The notes below the pieces were generated by a model. The model saw nothing but the letters and a program-made list of their open reading frames with translations. It was not told the origin of the DNA and searched no databases. Position numbers and translations under genes: made by a program. From an uncultured Hyphobacterium sp. (GTDB lineage Bacteria; Bacteroidota; Bacteroidia; Cytophagales; CCMP332), in the NCBI GenBank assembly GCA_964351965.1, contig CAYGPM010000001.1:605912-637911 (forward strand): 32,000 bases of DNA, in the 5' to 3' direction. Positions 29,001-32,000 of this stretch are shown one piece after another (the stretch's first letter is position 1; each line of letters opens with the position of its first letter).

Positions 29001-31737
29001 AGTTACACTTTCTGTTGTTGGAAACAATATCATATGCGGAAAAGACACTTTAGGTAAATTCTTGCAATTTAATTTTGATGTACCAAATATCTATGATGTC
29101 ATTCTGCAAAAGGGTGGTGTAGATGTGGATACATTATTCGGAATAGGAAACGGAACCATACTTCAGGCTCCAGACTTGCAGGTTGGTAATAATGTTTATA
29201 CCGTTGCTTCTGCTACTTATTCTCTTGATCCGAAATGTGGTCTCAATGTGGTTAACAATGCGAATATTTTTGTCAACGCAGACCCAACCATTACCATTCA
29301 GGATAATGATACAATTTGCGTAGGCAACACTGTTACTCTTACCCTCAATGCTACAGGCTTACCAAATTATACAGTACAGTATATTGGAAATGCTGGAATA
29401 CAACCGACTACTTCAGCTAATAATACTTGGACAATCACTGCAAGTCCTACAACAACTACCTCGTTTAGAGTATTGAGTATTACTGATGGTAATGGTTGTT
29501 CTACAAATAACATCCTTCCTTCTGATTCTACAGAGGCTACTATTGTTGTGAATCAATTGCCAACGGCATCATTAAAAGTTGATGGATTCTTCTCGAATAG
29601 TGTAACATTCTGTGAGGAAGATACTATAGCTCTTCAGTATAATCTTACTGGTAATGGGCCATTTGATGTTATTGTGAATGATAATCTCGGTAATTCCTAT
29701 GTAAGAAATAATGTGAGTAATCTGGATACATTGTTATTAATTAATCCAATTCCTCCTGTAGGTTCTACAACTCAGTATTTCCTAACTCAGGTAAATGATA
29801 ATAACAATCCGGCATGCGCCCCAACAAGTTTGGGTAACCCGGTAAATATTACTGTTGATTCACTGCCTACTGCAAATATTTCAGGCAACACCACTATTTG
29901 TAGCGGTAACACTGCAACGTTGACATTTACTTTCACCGGTACAGGTCCTTGGACGTTCAGATATTTTGATGGCACACTCGTTTCAGCAACACAAGCATCT
30001 AATGTTTCTACGTATACGTTGAATGTATTACCAAGTGTAACTACGACTTATACAATATTTGATGTGGTAGATCAAGGTACGACGAATCAATGTGCGATAG
30101 ATTCGACGCATCCAAATGTAACGGGAAGCGTGACAGTTGTCGTTGAGCCACCTGTAATTGCGGATTTCACTTTTAACTCTGACGATGCTTGTGGCGATCC
30201 TACGGTAACATTTACGGATCAAACAACGCCGGCTGCCATTTATTCATATGATTGGGATTTTGGAGATGGAAATAATTCAACAATTCAAAGCCCAACACAT
30301 CAATATGCAAATACAGGCTTGAATGTTATAGATTTCACAGTCAATATGGTGGTTACCTCACCTCTTGGGTGTGTTGATTCAATTGATAAAGTAGTTCAGG
30401 TAAAACCAGATATTACAGCGGTCGCTACTGCGGATGTTCAGGTGGGTTGTTCGCCTTTAGAAGTTAACTTCTCATCAAGCACGAATGCTTCGAGTTTCCA
30501 ATGGTTCTATAATAATAATGGCACACTGGAATCCTTAAGTCCAATTGCAGCTGTAAGAGAAACTTTTGAGAATAATGGGCTAACCACTCAAATATTCAAT
30601 GTTACTTTAGTCACCACAAATCAGTTTGCTTGTACTGATACATTAATAATACCGATAACGGTGCATCCAAAGCCTCAACCTACGTTTACGGCTAATCCGG
30701 TTCAACAGAACTGGCCACCAAGCCCTGTTACATTTACAAATGGTACGCCTAGTTTGAATGACAATACTTATTTCTGGAACTTTGGAGATACTGCAAATGG
30801 AACAAGCACACAAGTTAGCCCGACATACGATTTTGGTACATTCGGTAATTTCACTGTGACTTTAATTGCAACCACACAAAATGGTTGTATAGATTCTACA
30901 ACGAGATTAGTGACTATTTTCCCAAGTCTGCCTGTAGCTGATTTTGTAGGCACAACTGAAGGCTGTGTTCCGTTTGAGTTTACATTTAGGAATGCTTCTC
31001 AATTTGGATTAAGTTATAAATGGGAATTCAGTGATGGCAGCGAGTACTTCAGTGAAAATGTCACAAAAACATTCTTTGATCCGGGAGTATATGATGTCAA
31101 ACTTATTACAACAGGCATCAATGGATTTAAAGATTCAATCGAACGCTTTGCAGTTGTAACAGGATATCCAAATCCAAGTGCCAACTTCTTCTCTAGAGAT
31201 ACGGTATTTGTAGGATTGAATGAGCTCAACTTCTCAAATGAATCAAGAAATGCTTCTGAGTATTTCTGGGACTTTGGAGATGGAACAACTTCTGACGAAA
31301 GATCACCAACGAAAAACTATAGATTCGAAGGGCTATATGATGTAACTATGGTTGCATTCAATGTAGTTAACGATAGTATCTCGTGTACAGATACTGCTTC
31401 GAAAGTAATTTACGTATTACCTGTTGGAGATATCATTGTGCCGAATGCCTTTACGCCTGGTGAAGGTGGTCCGACCGGTGGTTCAGTAAATCCTTTTGAC
31501 AGATTCAATAATACCGTCTTCTATCCAGTAATTAGAAAAGAATTTGTAGCATTGAAATTTGAAGTATTTAACCGTTGGGGAGAGCCTATATTCCAGTCTA
31601 ATACAGTAAATGTAGGATGGGATGGCTATGTAAACGGAACGCCGGCCCCTCAAGGTGTATATATTTACAGAGTACAGGTTGAGTTTGCTGATGGTACTAA
31701 AGAAACCAAAGTTGGAGATGTTACTCTGCTTAGATAA
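16933..31737 (+). CDS. giant (~4,934 aa) T9SS-secreted cell-surface repeat protein / putative SprB-like adhesin with type-B CTD
   Basis: A single 14.8-kb open frame in AT-rich DNA. The Met at 16933 gives the signal peptide MLKRLYLLFLLVVGISVGQAVYGQ; the ORF-track start at 16882 adds 17 non-signal residues. Modular repeat architecture, detailed in the sub-features below. The C-terminus matches the gliding-motility-associated / T9SS type-B sorting domain. Confidence 0.92.
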   Translation: MLKRLYLLFLLVVGISVGQAVYGQCSLLSGNTTEDFQTSGVCGPTTVTWTITYDFIAPVDPSLTYIRFNWNDPGTNRTTLLATPSAGNTKFTATASFTYPVGGNCIYEPIVVLSYDQDMDGNLNNSTCFSSAIQKTVSSWQDDNSNGGILAINPLNQPVCYEDSTVAFQFQDATFPNCDVSVEPDRPNQLTRWVQFIYGTGAGPHIPNISIDTGGGTVILTDAVGNLTAAAPFAGPIIEIPPIVLQANLNELTYPIDHPVAGVGNIGDVFEITLRNWNTCNPYDTLLFDALPPTDPVNGDFPSITTTAQLEIIGPTVPTAGPDQGVCGNSTNLAGNVIANGVGQWNQIGGTLGGINITNPINPTTAVNVVGSNFGTYLLEWSSTLGACASGRDTVEITFFEPPSASNAGPPQTICGNSTTLAGNNPAVGTGEWFFVSGPAGFTISNPLSRTSAFSSTAFGTYVLEWRIENGVCPDEVDQVTIVFEEAANAADAGLDDTTACNFLSYTLQGNAATTPGTTGTWSLVNGPGTIVSFAPNANDPNAVVTFSNYTTGTQRYRLRWRISSGTGICPNEDDFVNIRAFETPTTATTGGPITLCGLTTTLNGNAAAVGQGTWSQTSGPGTSVFVNENNPTTDVTVSVAGTYDFEWSIENGNCPPSTATTTVTFAPPPTTPDAGADDSVCAVATYNLSGNTITLGTGTWQQIGGPAIVGGFTPNANDPNAQFTFSTEGIYIFEWSSFLNASCPTLRDTVEITLFNSPTNAVVDLPNPITTCALNNIPISANTGANVITSGFGRWFQSSGPATLTITDSLDNTTTVTAPVSGVYTITWEVSNGPCSPPSTDVLTLNLSSPSPSIPGADDTVCADNYTLSANTPAIGTGAWSVGTQPPGGTFTILPAGDPNATFTITNGIYGAYTLIWTISNPGCPDEVDSLTIRLDENPSPASVIPDFQICADTATLGAVTPTVGSGQWQLISGAGPVSFNPNSANPNAVVTIPPVSNTAVYDFEWTTSNGVCPDLSDVLQVTFHEISTTPAAGGDFEVCNTSTNLAGNAITVGTGQWNPLPLLSTGPITITTPSSPTTNVTIPGFVNDSDTFFLEWTSQNGNCVTLRDTVRVIFHDDPTVSAAGSDIDICADTAQLNANIPVVGNGQWIIASGSATLDNNTDPTTIVRANPFGGDSSIVVLTWRISNGNCAPSNNNVQVVFYKDPTVAAAGADDSVCALTYTLDGNFDAIGKGDWNQVSGPGTSAFVNQTLFNTDVTVTQYGTYLFEWTNANGACQTTRDTVQIRFDEFPSSAFAGVDDTVCDVTTILAGNNPAVGNGVWTVTSAPSGTAVATFVDSSLFNTSVTVNEVGAYTFQWTISNGTCADSSDQVIIIFASSNSNTGIAGDTSLCVNENNKVYTVPFVAGTTYEWFIPAGITVQFGGGINDNFVVLTYPTAGPFELKVLPTNSFGCASDTQTTDVVVYDFPTRDAGPDWAICSGDTAFLGGTPTATGGSGFYNYSWSPTSGLDDASIANPIATPIFSRTYFLTVTDSLAGCASIIDTVNVTVNPSPSSNLLGLTPFICEEDTGILQIFFNTGTGPFSVGISNGVDTTIYPSLTTGDSILVTPDSTLTYRVVYLLDSATLCTGTSFSGAPIINVRPLPNAVLTSLDTVICEGDAANLNLNISGPTPQIYTVEYAINGRDTTIVNLSGSSTVITVFPDSSSEYTLISVTDNFRGCRVDAPSVRFTDSVFIQVDSLPRANLVGADTICVGDSAALVVNLPTGDGPFDLTIQGLGVVNNYNSGDTIWVKPTSTRNYIITQAADTNGCTTTSTTLLTGNALIVVNPLPVANLIGTNTICIGDSTPLQINVTTGTSPFEVVLSNGDTINPYNNGDQYFVSPLVTTTYSLVSVLDTNGCYTSAPSSSLTGTPQVTVNPLPTAQVASDDTICFGDNVILTFSFTGAAPYTFTFRDNSRNVDSTLTTTGALTSRNVTVSPDTTTLYTLVSVQGANGCIDSINNPNSPTFGDTVEIVVDSLPVATIVADLPTDTICNGDLAYLFVNVSTGPGPYTITVNNGVGTINNYNSGDTITVSPSVTTEYQITSLLDQNGCSVSFGHPNINDTARIVVNPLPVANLTGTATICLGDTTPLSVAIAPGTGPFSVVINDGTTNDTINSYVSGTNIPVAPIVTTTYSLVSVLDSFGCYTTIPSANLTGTPQVTVNPLPTAQITQDDTICFGDNVTLNFSFTGTAPFIVIYKDNSTGINDTVTTTGLSTSATAVVSPDTTTLYSLVSVQGANGCIDSINNPINPTFGDTVEIVVDSLPVATIVADLPTDTICNGDLAYLFVNVSTGPGPYTITVNNGVGTINNYNSGDTITVSPSVTTEYQITSLLDQNGCSVSFGHPNINDTARIVVNPLPVANLTGTATICLGDTTPLSVAIAPGTGPFSVVINDGTTNDTINSYVSGTNIPVAPIVTTTYSLVSVLDSFGCYTTIPSANLTGTPQVTVNPLPTAQITQDDTICFGDNVTLNFSFTGTAPFIAIYKDNTTGINDTVTTTGLSTSATAVVSPDTTTLYSLVSVQGANGCIDSVNNPINITFGDTVEIVVDSLPVATIVADLPTDTICNGDLAYLFVNVSTGPGPYTITVNNGVGTINNYNSGDTITVSPSVTTEYQITSLLDQNGCSVSFGHPNINDTARIVVNPLPVANLTGTATICLGDTTPLSVAIAPGTGPFSVVINDGTTNDTINSYVSGTNIPVAPIVTTTYSLVSVLDSFGCYTTIPSANLTGTPQVTVNPLPTAQITQDDTICFGDNVTLNFSFTGTAPFIVIYKDNSTGINDTVTTTGLSTSATAVVSPDTTTLYSLVSVQGANGCIDSINNPINPTFGDTVEIVVDSLPVATIVADLPTDTICNGDLAYLFVNVSTGPGPYDITINNGVGTINNYVSGDTITVSPSVTTAYQITSLLDQNGCSVSFGHPNIDDTATIVVNPLPSVTLSIDTNRICFGDTTNLRVALNVGTGPLEFVVNPNVNDTIRNFDPLTDFVPVSPNATTTYSINYVIDANGCQSVAPSANITGNPQLNINPLPTLQISDSTTICLEDQVVLTFSMSGSAPYTFTYRDELTGTDSTITTVGGLTTRTVTEFPLDTTMYTLVSITDAQGCTDSINNAPINPNFGDTIVVNVNPLPITTLTVVEPTDTICFGDNALFIVDVTNLGDAPGPYNLEISGGVGIINNYTSGDTIVFAPNTTSNYNIVSLTDANGCSVLAGHPNLPDTVRVVVKPLPVVELLLDDNEICLGDSARLYWRVPVGSPRFDFVLNTDPNDTIQSVTVGDSIWVSPTDTTTYSIIYFSDSFGCTVTAPSSNISGTPTLIVNPLPDASISINKDTVCFGELTTITFNLTGPNSPYTYQIDTTGNILTGFNTIDGSTRSFVLGIGDHDFKLIEAIDAKGCVANIAPADSLVEVFVHELPTASISGDTSVCDLEPFVLNFNLTGNDPLNVYFTDGTNNYVRQLTAPTDTAIISLPASVNPYFFQIDSVVDSNSPESCRATDITGLVTVQVFDRPQIEINSFDTTICDGDQAILSFDISGGRAPFEVDLSVDGTTVDTTLLNIADGSIYLVRPNDTTTYTILEIRESVTTEACVGTIGIKSSFTVNVNPLPTANLTLVGQDTKCFGDSITVNIQFTGQAPYNLSLLTNYAGPITMNGIQTNDTTFNVSSSFPGFGNTISLFTLSDGHTPTCSVIQGDPQLTGGVTFNLNDLPTASLNPLGLTSICRGDSANLLVVVSQGDLPYTVYISDGSTNYVDSLLITTGNTGTIAVGPQNTSTFQIDSVRDGSLPDNCRAQSINGSVQISVEDRPTVSISGIDTICSFQNSQFQIQTGGTGPWLVTYTNGTDTLPTFVSSSPQTVTLFNPPVGLNVYSIVSISDNGTVPSCPADSLTSDTAYVFVNDLPTANLTGDTTICNGDPLPVYLNFGVTSGPFDVTITDGTNNYNFTGLSQQDTVLIPYPGPGFFIYRFATVRDDNTNCEPLVTTGQAIVQVREIPTVTLSVVGNNIICGKDTLGKFLQFNFDVPNIYDVILQKGGVDVDTLFGIGNGTILQAPDLQVGNNVYTVASATYSLDPKCGLNVVNNANIFVNADPTITIQDNDTICVGNTVTLTLNATGLPNYTVQYIGNAGIQPTTSANNTWTITASPTTTTSFRVLSITDGNGCSTNNILPSDSTEATIVVNQLPTASLKVDGFFSNSVTFCEEDTIALQYNLTGNGPFDVIVNDNLGNSYVRNNVSNLDTLLLINPIPPVGSTTQYFLTQVNDNNNPACAPTSLGNPVNITVDSLPTANISGNTTICSGNTATLTFTFTGTGPWTFRYFDGTLVSATQASNVSTYTLNVLPSVTTTYTIFDVVDQGTTNQCAIDSTHPNVTGSVTVVVEPPVIADFTFNSDDACGDPTVTFTDQTTPAAIYSYDWDFGDGNNSTIQSPTHQYANTGLNVIDFTVNMVVTSPLGCVDSIDKVVQVKPDITAVATADVQVGCSPLEVNFSSSTNASSFQWFYNNNGTLESLSPIAAVRETFENNGLTTQIFNVTLVTTNQFACTDTLIIPITVHPKPQPTFTANPVQQNWPPSPVTFTNGTPSLNDNTYFWNFGDTANGTSTQVSPTYDFGTFGNFTVTLIATTQNGCIDSTTRLVTIFPSLPVADFVGTTEGCVPFEFTFRNASQFGLSYKWEFSDGSEYFSENVTKTFFDPGVYDVKLITTGINGFKDSIERFAVVTGYPNPSANFFSRDTVFVGLNELNFSNESRNASEYFWDFGDGTTSDERSPTKNYRFEGLYDVTMVAFNVVNDSISCTDTASKVIYVLPVGDIIVPNAFTPGEGGPTGGSVNPFDRFNNTVFYPVIRKEFVALKFEVFNRWGEPIFQSNTVNVGWDGYVNGTPAPQGVYIYRVQVEFADGTKETKVGDVTLLR
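17875..21069 (+). repeat. 12 tandem class-A domains (~85-95 aa each)
   Basis: Recurrent pattern AGxDxxVC..(L/Y)xLxGN.P..GxGxW....GP......P.N.P...V.....GxYxFxW(T/S)I.NG.C....DxVxIxF. Counted by eye on the translation. The copies are diverged at DNA level. Confidence 0.8.
21070..21336 (+). other. singleton PKD-like domain
   Basis: GDTSLCVNENNKVYTVPFVAGTTYEWFIPAGITVQ...FELKVLPTNSFGCASDTQTTDVVV. This fits the C..x..YxV....YxWxxPxG....GCxS pattern common in T9SS cargo. Confidence 0.55.
21337..21579 (+). other. singleton Ig-like domain with GGxGxYxYxWxP motif
   Basis: AGPDWAICSGDTAFLGGTPTATGGSGFYNYSWSPTSGLDDASIANPIATPIFSRTYFLTVTDSLAGCASIIDTVNVTV. This domain type is frequent in gliding-motility CTD proteins. 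Confidence 0.55.
21580..30150 (+). repeat. 30 tandem class-B domains (~92-102 aa each)
   Basis: Recurrent pattern (P/S/D)LPxAxLxG.DTIC.GDxxxLxxxx.G.GP(F/Y)xxxx..G......(Y/F).SGDxIxVxPxxTTxYxLxSVxDxNGCxxx......G...(V/I)xVN. Counted by eye: B1 starts at 21580 and B30 ends at 30150. Confidence 0.8.
22981..25554 (+). repeat. three near-identical, in-frame 858-bp tandem units (each 286 aa, three class-B domains)
   Basis: The anchor AGTTTACC(G/T)GTAGC recurs at 22981, 23839, 24697 and 25555, an exact 858-nt spacing. Units 1 and 2 show no differences over 23002-23638. Units 1 and 3 differ at 4 synonymous sites, all near the 5' end. Confidence 0.9.
30151..31422 (+). repeat. five PKD domains
   Basis: ADFTF...YDWDFGDGNNS...H.Y...G...V, with further copies carrying FWNFGD, YKWEFSDG and YFWDFGDGTTS. 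The second copy is degenerate (FQWFYNNNG). Confidence 0.8.
31423..31734 (+). other. T9SS type-B C-terminal sorting domain (gliding-motility-associated CTD, CHU_C-like)
   Basis: VGDIIVPNAFTPGEGG...N..F...........FEVFNRWGEPIFQS......WDGY.NG..APQGVYIYRVQVEFADG.....GDVTLLR. This has the type-B hallmarks PNAFTP, FNRWGE, WDG and GVY.Y. The type-A KxxxK-like ending is absent. Confidence 0.85.
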
Positions 31738-31748
31738 GAATTATTAAT

Positions 31749-32000
31749 ATGAGAAAAAGAATATATCATATTGCCTTTTTAATCTTGATCTTAAGTGGTT
31801 TTACTAAAGCCCAGGATTATCAATTCACGCAGTTTTACGCGGCACCATTATATTTAAATCCGGCATTTGCGGGATCTTCAGAATGGGCTAGAGCCAGTGT
31901 GCTTTACAGATCACAATGGCCTGCGGCTGCTGCAAAGTTTACCACGATGTATGCCAGCTTTGATCAGAATTTACCTGGGATAAGAAGTGGCGCGGGAATT
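31749..32000 (+). CDS. PorP/SprF-family type IX secretion system membrane protein (5' part, runs off the window)
   Basis: Not in the ORF track because no stop lies within the window. ATG at 31749, 11 nt after the giant gene's stop. Translates as MRKRIYHIAFLILILSGFTKAQDYQFTQFYAAPLYLNPAFAGSSEWARASVLYRSQWPAAAAKF..., i.e. a signal peptide followed by the PorP/SprF N-terminal signature Q(F/Y)....P..(L/V)NPA(F/Y)AG ... YR.QW. Confidence 0.8.
   Translation, partial: MRKRIYHIAFLILILSGFTKAQDYQFTQFYAAPLYLNPAFAGSSEWARASVLYRSQWPAAAAKFTTMYASFDQNLPGIRSGAGI

Noticed and set aside
17544-31229. About 20 short ORFs (61-99 aa) in the track on the minus strand or in alternative plus frames inside the giant gene, e.g. 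17544-17729, 18060-18269, 20232-20522, 21432-21716, 26208-26507 and 31014-31229.
   Set aside because: All lie fully inside a 14.8-kb frame that has coherent domain architecture. Their translations are low-complexity mirror images of the Thr/Val/Gly/Asn-rich sense frame and carry no motifs.
30151-31737. Whether the C-terminus of the giant protein carries a polymorphic toxin, Rhs/YD or RTX module, or a type-A T9SS CTD.
   Set aside because: The region resolves fully into five PKD domains plus a type-B sorting domain. There are no YD repeats, no GGxGxD nonapeptides and no extra unassigned C-terminal segment.

Overview
AT-rich chromosomal segment that looks Bacteroidota-derived, because it carries a T9SS type-B C-terminal sorting domain and a PorP/SprF-family gene. 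The window splits into two parts. (1) Positions 1-16.8 kb hold about 16 tightly packed housekeeping genes: polyprenyl synthase, RNase R, a fused double ABC ATPase, LipB, class I mannose-6-P isomerase, Pgi, YraN, a PolB-exo-like exonuclease, an NSS symporter, one unassigned 199-aa protein, LplA, YaaA, an RNase D-like DEDDy/HRDC exonuclease, an NRDE/TANGO2-like protein and a secreted M28 peptidase. I see no tRNA/rRNA, CRISPR, transposase, integrase or recognisable defence genes. (2) Positions 16.9-31.7 kb are one uninterrupted 14.8-kb gene for a ~4,934-aa secreted repeat protein. Its layout is: signal peptide, unique 7-Cys head, 12 class-A two-Cys domains, 2 singleton Ig/PKD-like domains, 30 class-B two-Cys domains, 5 PKD domains, and a T9SS type-B CTD. 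Eleven nt downstream a PorP/SprF-family gene begins and runs off the window; it is absent from the ORF track. This pairing mirrors sprB-sprF and is the only candidate system I can support here. The most striking sequence-level feature lies inside the giant gene: three near-identical in-frame 858-bp units (286 aa, three domains each). They sit within a six-fold triplet super-repeat and show a hidden 1,716-bp two-unit periodicity. All domain assignments come from motif recognition by eye; no searches were run, and all repeat alignments and identity counts were also done by eye.
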